From assembly GCA_037441845.1 (NCBI GenBank), contig JBBIRK010000005.1, positions 32,001 through 96,000 of the forward strand: DNA of 64,000 bases, read 5' to 3'. Below, piece by piece: positions 27,789 through 38,500 of this stretch. Below the pieces are notes generated by a model. That model made no database searches. It was not told the DNA's origin and saw only the letters and a program-made list of their open reading frames with translations. Both the position numbers and the translations under genes were made by a program. Source of the stretch: Candidatus Zixiibacteriota bacterium. Its GTDB lineage: Bacteria; Zixibacteria; MSB-5A5; UBA10806; 4484-95. Within the stretch, counting starts at the first letter, position 1, and the number at the start of each line of letters is the position of its first letter.

Positions 27789-28432
27789 TCCCTGTCCAGA
27801 TCGATTATCTGAATCCCGGAATTTATTTTTTTATAAAATGCCTGTGCCGGGATTTTTTTCTTGAAAGATTCTTTGCGGAATTCGAGACGGATATGTTGTT
27901 CGTTCGGATCCTTATACTCCGCCCGTCGTAACTTGCCATCGATATCGTAGGTGACCACGACGCTGTCGGGAGCCACGGACCCGTTGATCGCGGTCAGCAA
28001 CACCTTGTTATCCGAAAGACGTTTAATCTCGAAGTTTTCCGAACTACCTGCGATGAAATCCAGCGGGTTCACCGCATATTCGCCGGTGCTTCGTTGAATC
28101 TGCTTATTGCGGGGAACGTAAATCCAAACGGTGTCGCGATGAACGAATATCTCCCGATCGGCCGAAACAATAATCATTTTGTCCGGCTTTTCCACATAAA
28201 ATTTGGCCAGTAAGCTTTCGGGTTCATCAAACAGCCCGGTATCGCTTATCTGCAAAACCTCCCAATAGGCCGTCTTGACGTCGGAATAGCGCGCCTTGAC
28301 CGATAACGGAATCGAACTCGAATCCGTTTCGGATTCTTGCGCATGAACGGCCAATACAGCCACCATCGATATCAGCAAGATCGAGACAAAAGCCATTAAG
28401 TTTCCGTCGTCGATCGGCTTTCCCCAGGTCAT
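27785..28432 (-). CDS. lolA: LolA-like lipoprotein carrier protein
   Basis: Signal peptide; FYVEKPDK...DTVWIYVPRNKQI...NP pattern; directly after ftsK as in the common ftsK-lolA arrangement. Confidence 0.7.
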   Translation of the reverse strand: MTWGKPIDDGNLMAFVSILLISMVAVLAVHAQESETDSSSIPLSVKARYSDVKTAYWEVLQISDTGLFDEPESLLAKFYVEKPDKMIIVSADREIFVHRDTVWIYVPRNKQIQRSTGEYAVNPLDFIAGSSENFEIKRLSDNKVLLTAINGSVAPDSVVVTYDIDGKLRRAEYKDPNEQHIRLEFRKESFKKKIPAQAFYKKINSGIQIIDLDRE

Positions 28433-28435
28433 TTT

Positions 28436-30694
28436 TTAATCAACTTTCTGTTTGAGATATTCCTCATCGACCAGAACTTCGCGGGCTTTTGATCCATCGT
28501 ATGGGCCGACTATCCCCGCTTCCTCGAGCTGGTCGATCAATCTTGCCGCCCGCTGATAACCTATTCCCAAACGGCGTTGAAGGAGCGAAACCGACCCCTG
28601 CTTATGTCTTATCACGAGCGCGATCGCTTCTTTGAAAAGCGCATCCGAGGCCGGATCATACTGGTGCGCATCTTCGGCGCTTCCGGCAAAAGCCGCCATC
28701 GGTGGGGATTTGTATTCCTGATCCCCGAGGAATTTGCAAATACTCCGTATCTCGACAGTTGATATATACGCTCCATGGGCGCGAATGGGTTCCGCATGGG
28801 CGGGATTCATATAAAGCATATCCCCTTTTCCGAGAAGTTTCTCGGCGCCGTTGACATCGAGAATCGTGCGCGAATCGACTTTGGTGGCGACTTGAAAGGC
28901 GATCCGGGTCGAGAAATTCGCTTTGATCAGCCCGGTGATGACATCGACCGAAGGACGCTGAGTCGCCAGAATTAAATGAATGCCGACAGCCCTGGCCATC
29001 TGAGCCAACCTGGTGATGAGCGTTTCGATGCGGTTCGATCCGCTCATCATCAGATCGGCCAATTCATCCACTATCACCACCACGTAGGGCAACGGTTCGG
29101 AAGCGGCTTTATTGTAATCGGCGATATTGCGCACCGCAGCCTTCGCCAGTCGGCGATATCGATCCTCCATCTCGACCACCGCCTCGCCCAGGGTTTTTTC
29201 GGCGTATCTGACATCGGTGACGACCGGCTTGGCCAGATGCGGAAGATCATCATAGCTGGATAATTCGAGCATTTTGGGATCGATCATGATAAAGCGGATA
29301 TTCTCCGGCGGCAATTTATAAAGCAAGCTGGTTATTATCGCATTCAGGCAGACCGATTTACCGCTGCCGGTGGCTCCGGCGATCAGAAGGTGCGGCATGG
29401 CGGCGAGATCCACTATGAACGGCCTACCGGCGATATTCTTCCCGATCGCCAGCGGCAGGGTCATATTGGTATTCTGGAACTCATCGGAGGTTATTATTTC
29501 TTTCAAATAAACCGTTTGACCGGTTCGATTCGGGATTTCGACTCCGACCGCCGATTTGCCCGGAATCGGCGCCACTATCCTGATTCTTTTGGCTTTCATC
29601 GCCAGCGCCAGATCATCCGCCAGATTTACGATCTGCGATATTTTTATTCCCGGGGCGGGCTTGAATTCAAATCGAGTGATTATCGGCCCGGGATGCAGTT
29701 CTACATCGTCGTTGGCAAGCTCAACACCAAAAATCCGAAGAGTATCTTTAAGCGTGGAAACGGTCTCTTGAAGCTCGGCGCGGCTAATTGGCGGTTCCTC
29801 GGACGGTGGATCGCTCAATAGCTCGATACCGGGAAACCGATAACCGCCGACGGTGATCTCCGGAGTCTTGGCGATCGTCTTCTTCTTGCGTTTCGTGCTG
29901 CTTTCACCGGCAATCGACAATTCCTCCGCCGGCTCTTCAGTCGGCGGTGGATTGATTATATCCTGATTCGGCATGGGCAAGGGTTCGGGCTTTTTGATTC
30001 TGAGAATTTTTTTCCATAGCGATACCTTGGGCGAGTCTGCGTCGGCGTCAACCACAGCAATCTTCTCGCCGGCAAATCCACCTTTTGTTTTCCTGATCCT
30101 GACCGCTTTTAGTTTATCGAAAAAAGAAAGCAGTATTTCCCCGATTCGGCCGAACAGCGATGGCAAAACGAGGCTTAAGGAAATCAAGAGCAGCGAGAGA
30201 ACCAAAGTATATGAACCCAATGAACCTATAAGGCTTTTCAGAACCCTCGCGATATGATGACCAAGAGCGCCCGCCAACCCTGGTCGTTCCGGCATAAAAG
30301 CTCTTGCCGACGAAAACAGGGATATGAAAAGGCCGAATAAAAACAGAATGCCCGCCCCATAGGCGAATTTTTTCATGTATGGCAGAATTTCTTTATCGAG
30401 TGTTAGAAGTCCGCCGTAAAGCAGAAGGGCAAGAGGAAACAGTATGCTCAAATATCCGAAAGCGCCCAGTAAGGCGTAGGCGATCAGCACCCCGACTATG
30501 CCACCTTTATTCTGCAGCGGCGTGCTGAACAGCTTCCCGGGAGTTCCGCCTCCAAAAGCATCTCTAAGGATTTTCGTATCGTTCGCCGGGCTGTGAGTGA
30601 CAATGCTGATAAATATCAGGATAGCGCACAAACAAATCAGCATGCCGAGGATACGGCTGTTTCGATTAGAGTCTGAATGCCTGTTTCGAGCCAT
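28436..30694 (-). CDS. ftsK: DNA translocase FtsK
   Basis: N-terminal TM domain; PHLLIAGATGSGKS, IDPK, DELADLMM, ATQRPSVDVITG; gamma domain SLLQRRLGIGYQRAARL. Confidence 0.97.
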   Translation of the reverse strand: MARNRHSDSNRNSRILGMLICLCAILIFISIVTHSPANDTKILRDAFGGGTPGKLFSTPLQNKGGIVGVLIAYALLGAFGYLSILFPLALLLYGGLLTLDKEILPYMKKFAYGAGILFLFGLFISLFSSARAFMPERPGLAGALGHHIARVLKSLIGSLGSYTLVLSLLLISLSLVLPSLFGRIGEILLSFFDKLKAVRIRKTKGGFAGEKIAVVDADADSPKVSLWKKILRIKKPEPLPMPNQDIINPPPTEEPAEELSIAGESSTKRKKKTIAKTPEITVGGYRFPGIELLSDPPSEEPPISRAELQETVSTLKDTLRIFGVELANDDVELHPGPIITRFEFKPAPGIKISQIVNLADDLALAMKAKRIRIVAPIPGKSAVGVEIPNRTGQTVYLKEIITSDEFQNTNMTLPLAIGKNIAGRPFIVDLAAMPHLLIAGATGSGKSVCLNAIITSLLYKLPPENIRFIMIDPKMLELSSYDDLPHLAKPVVTDVRYAEKTLGEAVVEMEDRYRRLAKAAVRNIADYNKAASEPLPYVVVIVDELADLMMSGSNRIETLITRLAQMARAVGIHLILATQRPSVDVITGLIKANFSTRIAFQVATKVDSRTILDVNGAEKLLGKGDMLYMNPAHAEPIRAHGAYISTVEIRSICKFLGDQEYKSPPMAAFAGSAEDAHQYDPASDALFKEAIALVIRHKQGSVSLLQRRLGIGYQRAARLIDQLEEAGIVGPYDGSKAREVLVDEEYLKQKVD

Positions 30695-30700
30695 ATTCAG

Positions 30701-30729
30701 ATTTTAGCAACCCAGGCAAGATGTGTCAA
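30701..30729 (-). promoter_or_regulatory. Sigma-70 promoter of the ftsK operon (leaderless geometry)
   Basis: TTGACA-17nt-TAAAAT, then 6 nt to the ATG. Confidence 0.7.
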
Positions 30730-30949
30730 CACCATTCGCTTTTCGAACCGCCGCCTTTCGACTAATGGAAGCGTCTCCAAAATTCATATCCAGGCGAAAT
30801 CAATGCGAACATCATAGGAATTTGGCAAAATTCGTACGCGAAATAACCTGCCAAGATAACCAAAAACATGAAGCTTCGCCGGAAAATCGACGATCACGCG
30901 ACGAATTCGAAATTGCGGAATGCCACACTCGATTGTAATAAATGCGGAA

Positions 30950-31858
30950 TCAATTCCCTCCGACCAGCTTGATCATGATCGCTTTCTGGGTATGCAGACG
31001 ATTCTCGGCTTCATCGAAAACCACCGACTGCGGCCCGTCGATCACCTCATCGGTGATTTCTTGGCCGCGGTTAGCGGGAAGACAATGCATAACTATCGCC
31101 GCCGGATCGGCGTTTCTGAGCATTTTCGAATTGACCTGGAAATCGGCCAACAGACGAGCCTTCTCCTCCTGCAAATGCTTTTGCCCCATCGACGCCCAGA
31201 CATCGGTATAAATCACGTCGGCTTTGTCCACGGCCTTCAAAGGATCATCGGTGATTGTTATTTTCGATTTGGCGGCCTGTTTCGCCCGATCGAGTATTTC
31301 GCTATCGGGCGGGGTATTTTTATTGGTGCCGATCCGCAGGTCGAGCGGCAAACGCGCGGCGGCCTCCAGCCAGCTATTGGCGACATTGTTGCCGTCGCCA
31401 AGATAGGCGATTTTTATCCCATCGATTTTGCCTTTGTGTTCGAGTATGGTTTGCAGATCTGCCATGATCTGACAAGGATGCGACAAGTCGGTCAAACCGT
31501 TGATCACCGGAACGGTCGCATAACGAGCCAGTTCCTCGACAGATTTATGTGAGAAGGTCCTGATCATTATCATGCCCAAATATCGCGAGAGTACGCGGGC
31601 GGCATCGGGAATCGATTCGCGCACTCCGAGTTCTATTTCTTTCTCGGTGATATAAAGCGAGTAGCCACCGAGCTCCCATATCCCGACCTCGAAAGAAATT
31701 CTGGTGCGCAGCGACGGCTTATGGAAAATACAGCCGACGGTTTTTCCCTCGAGCACGGTCGAACGATGTCTATTTTTCTTTATTTCTATCGCCAGTTGCA
31801 GAGTAGCGCGGATTTCCTGTTCCGAAAAATCCGTCACGGCCAAAAAATCACGTTTCAT
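30950..31858 (-). CDS. argF: Ornithine carbamoyltransferase
   Basis: KPSLRTR, HPCQ, GDGNN, DVWASMG, HCLP, AENRLH. Confidence 0.95.
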   Translation of the reverse strand: MKRDFLAVTDFSEQEIRATLQLAIEIKKNRHRSTVLEGKTVGCIFHKPSLRTRISFEVGIWELGGYSLYITEKEIELGVRESIPDAARVLSRYLGMIMIRTFSHKSVEELARYATVPVINGLTDLSHPCQIMADLQTILEHKGKIDGIKIAYLGDGNNVANSWLEAAARLPLDLRIGTNKNTPPDSEILDRAKQAAKSKITITDDPLKAVDKADVIYTDVWASMGQKHLQEEKARLLADFQVNSKMLRNADPAAIVMHCLPANRGQEITDEVIDGPQSVVFDEAENRLHTQKAIMIKLVGGN

Positions 31859-31905
31859 CTATTCCTCCGAAAAGACTCCGAATTTCGCTTTTTCATTTTA
31901 CGTAA

Positions 31906-31934
31906 AATATATATTCAAAGATGCGATAAATCAA
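31906..31934 (-). promoter_or_regulatory. Putative sigma-70 promoter of argF
   Basis: TTGATT-17nt-TATATT. Confidence 0.5.
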
Positions 31935-32011
31935 GAAACAGAGGCGATTTATTCGTATCTTTGCTAATCGGAAATTCGTTATGCGCAAGATCCGAACGCC
32001 GCAGATATCCC

Positions 32012-32040
32012 TTGAATATGGAATGCGAATAAATTATAAG
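32012..32040 (+). promoter_or_regulatory. Putative sigma-70 promoter of lptD (leaderless geometry)
   Basis: TTGAAT-17nt-TATAAG, then 6 nt to ATG 32047. Confidence 0.45.
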
Positions 32041-32046
32041 CAACCC

Positions 32047-35000
32047 ATGAAACTTGTTTCCGCAGGAAAAGGCCGCCGCCTTATGGGCGTCGTATTGACG
32101 GCTGTATTTCTGCTTTCGATCGGTTGCGACATAGTATCGGCCGATGATCGGCCGCTCGAGCTCGTTCATGCCGACAAGTTGATCTCCTCCGGCGGCGATG
32201 ACAATAATCTCACCCACCTGGTGGGAAATGTACACCTTCGCCACGGAAACATCGAATTGCGTTCCGACCGGGCCACTTGGAGCCGGCGGACCGACGTGGC
32301 GGCGTTCAACGGTGCGGTTTCGATGATCGATTCGTCCCGTTCCCTTTTTTGCAATCATCTTACGTATTACCGCGCCACCGGCTCGGCGATGGCGGTGGGT
32401 GGCGTCATCCTCAGGGATTCCGTCGAATCGGCGACGCTGACCGCCAACAAGGTTGATTACAATAGGGAAAGCGGGAAAATGATCGCCACGGGCGGGCCGA
32501 TCATGAAACTGGGAATGCCCGATGACACCACCAGGATCACGATATCGGCAGACACCATAGTTTACGACTTTTCGGCGAAGGTCGGATTCGCCAAGAAAGG
32601 CGTGGTTATCACACGCGGAAGTTTGAGAGCCACCTGCGATTCGGCCTCGTTCCATGATAAAGGCGCCGAGATAATACTCGAGGGCGATCCGCATGCTTTC
32701 CATAGGGACGGCACGGTCGAGGGCGATCGGATTCGCATTCTGACCGCCGATCGGGCGATTACCGGTATGGTGGTCGATGGCAACGCGGTTTCTCATTACA
32801 GCGGTTCGGACGATTCGCTGCTGCAACGGGCGGAGGCCACGCTCAAAGGCAAGCAGCTGGAGGTCTTTTTCGAAAACGAACGGGCGACGAAAGCGGTGAT
32901 GAGGCGCAATGCATCGAGTATCTACGTGCCTGCGCCTTCGGACACTCTCGCCCGCGGAATAAATTACGCCAGCGGGGATTCGATCACTCTGTTTTTCGAC
33001 GAATCACGCATAAGCAGGGTATTAGTGTTGGGCGGCGCACAAGGGAAATATATCGAACAGAAAACCGGCGGCGACGGATCGGTCAAACCGGAGACGACCT
33101 ATTATGAGGGTCGGGAAATCGACTATCTGGTCGCTGACGGCAAAATCGTCATGTCGGGGGCGTCCTTGCTTAAATACCAGCAACTTAAGCTCGAATCGGC
33201 ATCGATCAAGTATAATATCGATGAGAGAATTTTAATTGCCGAGGGGATCCCTGTGGAAACCGACAGCGGTTCGATTCTGGAAGGTGCGCCTGTTCTTTAC
33301 GACGCCGATCAGAAATTGAACGGCAATCGGATGACCTATAATATCGAAACCCGTCGCGGCAAAGTGGAAGTCGGTTGGACCCAGTATGAACAGGGATATT
33401 ATAAGGGGAAGAAATTAAGACAGGTCGAAGAGGACGTTCTCTTCGTCGAATCGGGCAGCTACACCAGCTGTGAACTCGCCGAGCCGCATTATCATTTCTA
33501 CAGCCAAAAAATGAAAATGAAGGCCCGCGATAAAATTTTCGCCAAGCCGGTAGTGCTGTTCATCGGGCCGATTCCCGTAGCGGCATTGCCGTATTATGTT
33601 TTTCCCATCCGCAAGGGAAGACACTCGGGATTTCTTACGTTCGAACTCGGAAGTTTTCAGAAAGGTCAGCGTTACATCCGCAAACTCGGATATTACTGGG
33701 CGGCCTCGGATTACTGGGATATTCAAGGCGGGTTGGATATTTATGAGAACGATCGGGTGATCGTGAACGGCATGGTCAACTACGCTTTGCGCTATCGACT
33801 TTCGGGCAATATCGGCGGCTCATTCACCAGAACATCGCGATGGTTGAATTATCAGCGCAATATCAGCCAAGGCTGGGCGATAAGATTCGCTCATAATCAA
33901 ACGTTGACTCAAAGCATGAGTTTGCGTGCCGGCGGTTCATTTCAGTCGGATAAATCATATATACTCGACACTCAATTCGACCCTCAGGAGAGACTTAACA
34001 GAACAGTCAGGGCGAGCGCCAGCCTGAATCAGAAATGGAAAAATTCCTCGATTGCCATAGCCGCCGATCAAAGCTGGAACCTCGACACCGACGCCAAGAC
34101 GCAATTATTACCATCGATATCGTTCAATCGAAGTTCACTTCCCATATTCCCAACCCCTGATACCGATGGCCGGGCGCGGAAAAGAATTTTGCCATGGGAA
34201 GAACCTCCGGAAAAGGCCTCTCCGAAATGGTATAATTCCATCTATTTCTCTCTGCAAAGCGATTACCAACGCAAACGCAGTTATCTTCAAAAGAAAGCGG
34301 TGGCCGACTGGCAAGCGTTTCAAACGCTGAATTCGAGAATCGCCTTTTCCGCCCCCCAGAAACTGGGCGGAATTCTTACTCTGAACCCATCGGCGAATAT
34401 AACGCAAACCATTTACAAGATAGATCAAATTCATTCGGCGGACACGCTTTCGTTCGCCACCGATGGTTATTATCGGCGGGAGGTTTGGTCGGCGGCGCTG
34501 ACCGCGTCAACGGCTATCTATGGCACCGTTTATCCCAATCTGCTTTCCCTGACAGGACTTCGCCACGTGATGAATCCCTCGATAAGCTACAATTATCGCC
34601 CGAAGATCGACAAGAACAAGGAGTTCGTCTCCTATACTGGAGTGGGGACATCATCCGTCCGCTCCAGAACGATTTCGATGTCACTTAGGAATTTATTTCA
34701 GGCCAGAGTCAAAAAAGGCGAATCCGACAGAAAATTCGATTTATTCAACCTCGACTTCTCGAGCGGCTATAATTTCGAGGCGAAAACAAAAAAATGGAGT
34801 AATATTTCAAGCAGCCTCAACAGCAGCGCCCTTAAAATCGTAACCGTGTCGGCGTCATCTTCGCACAGCCTCTACCACCCGATTACCGGTGAACTGAACT
34901 TAACCTCTCCCCGACTCGAAAGCTTCTCGCTGTCATCTTCGTTAAACCGATCGATCCGTCTTGGATATGACGATGAGAACAGCACATTGCAAAGCGATGA

Positions 35001-35394
35001 AGCGGCAGCAATCGATTACGGGCAGGCTCGAAGAAAAGATCGAACCGATCGAAATACCGACGGTTTGGCCCGCCTTGATTTCAACCTGTCATATCGTTAC
35101 AGCGAAAGCCGCGGTCTGACCGGCAAAAGCATAACCCGATGGGTCGATTCGGCATTCGACTTGAATCTAACCCCGGGATGGAAATTCCAGTATTCACTGC
35201 ATTATGATTTCAAGGCCAAGAAAGCCAGTTCGCAAAATCTGAAAATCAGCCGCGACCTACATTGCTGGCAAGGCGAGTTCATCTGGGTGCCCACGGGTGC
35301 ATTGGCCGGCTATTATTTTCGGATCTATATCAAGCAACATCAAGATATAAAGATCGAACAATCCCGGGGAGGCGTTCGCGGCGGCTACTATTAA
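32047..35394 (+). CDS. lptD: LPS-assembly protein LptD with extended OstA/LptA-like N-terminus
   Basis: Repeated OstA-type segments (LVGNVHLRHG...); YTSC...PHY; PVAALPY...RHSG; YYWA; C-terminal RDLHCW. Start placed at ATG 32047, which gives a signal peptide. Confidence 0.85.
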   Translation: MKLVSAGKGRRLMGVVLTAVFLLSIGCDIVSADDRPLELVHADKLISSGGDDNNLTHLVGNVHLRHGNIELRSDRATWSRRTDVAAFNGAVSMIDSSRSLFCNHLTYYRATGSAMAVGGVILRDSVESATLTANKVDYNRESGKMIATGGPIMKLGMPDDTTRITISADTIVYDFSAKVGFAKKGVVITRGSLRATCDSASFHDKGAEIILEGDPHAFHRDGTVEGDRIRILTADRAITGMVVDGNAVSHYSGSDDSLLQRAEATLKGKQLEVFFENERATKAVMRRNASSIYVPAPSDTLARGINYASGDSITLFFDESRISRVLVLGGAQGKYIEQKTGGDGSVKPETTYYEGREIDYLVADGKIVMSGASLLKYQQLKLESASIKYNIDERILIAEGIPVETDSGSILEGAPVLYDADQKLNGNRMTYNIETRRGKVEVGWTQYEQGYYKGKKLRQVEEDVLFVESGSYTSCELAEPHYHFYSQKMKMKARDKIFAKPVVLFIGPIPVAALPYYVFPIRKGRHSGFLTFELGSFQKGQRYIRKLGYYWAASDYWDIQGGLDIYENDRVIVNGMVNYALRYRLSGNIGGSFTRTSRWLNYQRNISQGWAIRFAHNQTLTQSMSLRAGGSFQSDKSYILDTQFDPQERLNRTVRASASLNQKWKNSSIAIAADQSWNLDTDAKTQLLPSISFNRSSLPIFPTPDTDGRARKRILPWEEPPEKASPKWYNSIYFSLQSDYQRKRSYLQKKAVADWQAFQTLNSRIAFSAPQKLGGILTLNPSANITQTIYKIDQIHSADTLSFATDGYYRREVWSAALTASTAIYGTVYPNLLSLTGLRHVMNPSISYNYRPKIDKNKEFVSYTGVGTSSVRSRTISMSLRNLFQARVKKGESDRKFDLFNLDFSSGYNFEAKTKKWSNISSSLNSSALKIVTVSASSSHSLYHPITGELNLTSPRLESFSLSSSLNRSIRLGYDDENSTLQSDEAAAIDYGQARRKDRTDRNTDGLARLDFNLSYRYSESRGLTGKSITRWVDSAFDLNLTPGWKFQYSLHYDFKAKKASSQNLKISRDLHCWQGEFIWVPTGALAGYYFRIYIKQHQDIKIEQSRGGVRGGYY

Positions 35395-35471
35395 GTTTCG
35401 ACAATAGCGAACAAGTCGCCCTAAACCGCGGAATTTCCGAATCGCTCCTATTGCCGCTTTCCGTTGCATAG

Positions 35472-35504
35472 AAAAAAGGCGCCAGGTCGGTCTGACCCGG
35501 CGCC
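35472..35504 (-). terminator. Intrinsic terminator of the 35527-38637 gene
   Basis: GGCGCCGGGTC-AGACC-GACCTGGCGCC-TTTTTT on the minus strand. Confidence 0.8.
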
Positions 35505-35526
35505 CATGATCATCAATCCAATCAGC

Positions 35527-38500
35527 TTATCTGCTTCTGTTCGGAAGGACGCTTTCCCCCGGCCTGAGAATCGGAGGCGGGAAGAAATGGCAGTAACTCA
35601 ACGAGGCGGCACCCTTGAAATAGGCCACCAACCTGGTTATGTCCGAGCCTCTGAATTCGCAATTGCCGTTGACGTCACCAGCCACATACAGGTAGGTGCC
35701 CGTCGAATCCATGTAGCAACTATCGGGAGGCGCAGATCCTATCCCTTTGAAATAGCGAACGCCGTAAGTTACATCGCCGCCGATTCGATTGCCGTCTCCA
35801 TTGATGTCACCCGGGAGGTATTCGCAGGAAGGAGCCGCCTTGAACCACTTGATCGCCCTGCCCGCGACAACCCTATTGGCGGGATTGTTGAAATTGCACT
35901 GGTAGCTGATACCCGATGGAATCTGATCGTATTCGAGGCCGATAGTGGCGCTCGAGCCGGAGCCGATGTCGCCGGCAGCGGGATACTTGTATTGGAACAA
36001 CATGGTGTTATCCTCATACAGGATAACCTCGAACTCGAGGGAATCGCTACGCTGCTCGTCGCGAGATACTTTCCACTGTATCACCAGATAATCGTTCGAC
36101 GGTTCATCGAAATATTGGTACCAAACGCCTTGCCCGTTTTCATATTGCACTATCAGATAATCCCAAAACACCGCAGCGAATGGGGCGTGCGGCGTGGAAG
36201 TGTCGGGAAGCGGACAATCGTTCGAGAGAAGCCAGGTATCTCTGGTTCCGAGGTGAATCTGGCCGTGGGAATTGACATAAACCGAATCGTGCGTCAAGCC
36301 GTAAAATTCGAACGGGAACGGAAGCGGAAATCCGGTCATGAAATAATGGAGAGTGGGCGAGATCTGCGTTCCCGATCCGGAGATATCGATCCAACTGTAG
36401 GTGGGACCGCCGGGCGCAAGTTCGTCTTTGAATTGATAACCGTAATCATCGGGACCGCCCTCGGATTGATGCTGATAACTCATAACCATAACTTCGAGAG
36501 TGTCGTTGCCGGGGTTTTCATCGCCGGGATTGCCGACAATCATCCGGAAACGGTAATTGCCGCTGACGGATGGGCTGAAATTGGCGGTGAAGATCTGTTG
36601 CAAATTAGAAAGCAGCGGCAATATCAATCCGGTCGCCGTCTCGTTATATACCACGACGTCGGATGGGTTGAAGATCGTCAGGTTGAGATCGGTTGTCTGT
36701 TGGAGATAGCCGTGATTCCTGATAGTAACCGCCGGCTGATAATTATCTCCTACAATCAGGTAGTCGACCGGATAATCGAGCGAAATAGCACCAATGTCGT
36801 CGGCAGCGATGCTCCACCGCAAATTGACGTCGAGATCTATCGCGCCGCCTTCGCCCAAAACCTGTCCTCCCACAGTAGTGTCGTGGAAATTGGCTTTCGT
36901 GAAACTGAGCGAATAAGTATCGGGATAAAGCGACACCGAATAGTTGCCGGAGGCGTCGGTCGTGTCGGTTTTTCTTAGCAAGAGCGAGGAATCATAGGCT
37001 CTTACGATCACTCCCTCTTGCGGCGTCGTCCCGCTTTGTTCATAAACCGTGCCGCTTATCGTGCCCTGAATCACCGGCCTGAGCAAGACATCCACGGTCG
37101 TAGTGAAACCATTGACGACCACGATATTGCTGATCGTCGTATCATGATGAGTGAAAACGCTGTAATGCGCGGAATAAGTGCCGGCATTCAAGACAAACGA
37201 ATACAGACCGAGCGCGGTAGTCGTATCGGTCGCCACCAAAACGTTAAGGCTGTCGCGAACCTCGACTATAACGCTGTCTATCGGAGTGGTGCCGTCAAGT
37301 TCATAAACATGACCGTTGAATGTGCCGTTGAATCCGGCAAGGTAGTTGTCGTTGCGTGAATAAGCCATCTCCTGGTAACTGTTGCTCGATGACGGATAAT
37401 TCGTGTAGTAGGCGACGTGCAGCGTATCTCCGGCGGTAACGGCGATTGTCGGGATATATGAGCGATCATAAGTGCCGCCGTCATTATAGGTCACCGGATC
37501 GGGCGACGAAGTCCAGGTCAAGCCATGGTCGAAAGAATAAAGCGCATAGATGGCACGGGTGTTGGGAAATCCCGGGTATTCCTCATCGATCAGCGCAATC
37601 AAATCGCCGTTCGAGGCTATCCCGATTTCCGGAGTGTAGAAATCATAACCCGAACCGGTGTATATCTTGCCGTTCGTCCAGGAGACACCGCCGTTGGTCG
37701 TGCCGACATAATATACTGTATCAATGATGCAGTAAACGGCATGCACATAACCTGCTGCTCCGGCCACGATCCTCGGCGCACCGTAACTGTTCGATGTATA
37801 AGTCATGGTGATCAGGCTGTCGCCCGTTTCGCTGGAAAACGTGACACCGCCGTCGGTCGATGCGCCGTAATACATGCCGTAAAGGCCGTCCGGGCCGCGT
37901 TCTTTCCAGATAACGTGAATTTTATTGTCGGCGCCCACGGCTATATCGGCTTGAAAACCGCTCGAATCCGGAAAGCCTATGCACCTGTCGCCGGACCGTC
38001 CGCTCCAAGTAGCACCATGATCGGTCGATCTGGAATAAAATATATCCGCCTTGTTGGTGGTGGGATGATTCTGATTCCAAACCACATGAACGTTGTCGTT
38101 GTGATCAATCGCAATCGCCGGATAGTTGACTGTGACGCTAGTCAGGGTGTCGCTGATCGGAAAATCCAGATCGGAATGGATCCAGGTTAGCCCGTTATCG
38201 GTTGAAATCACAACCATGATTTCATAAGAAGTATCGAAATCGGCCTGAGTGTATTTCTCCGGCCAAATGACGAAAATCCTCCCCTCGCTATCGGTGGCTA
38301 TGTCAATGCGCCTGCTTCCAAATATCCCGGCGTTATAAACCTGCTCATTATCATAAGCGCTGATCTGCACATCTCCTGCGGTTCCGCTCCAGGTCTGGCC
38401 GTTGTCGGTGGAACGCGAGAAAAAGATCTCGTAGGGATTTGTCCCTGTCCTTCCGACCCAGACGGCATAGAGATAACCGTTGGGACCGGCCGCCAGCGAC

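Noticed and set aside
30950..31858. SLRT motif suggesting an acetyl- or succinyl-ornithine transcarbamylase
   Set aside because: The DxxxSMG ornithine-binding loop and HCLP are intact, as in canonical OTCase
31915..32826. 303-aa minus-strand ORF
   Set aside because: Antisense to lptD; no motifs
35464..36978. 504-aa plus-strand ORF
   Set aside because: Antisense shadow of the propeller/dockerin gene; starts across a terminator and has no motifs
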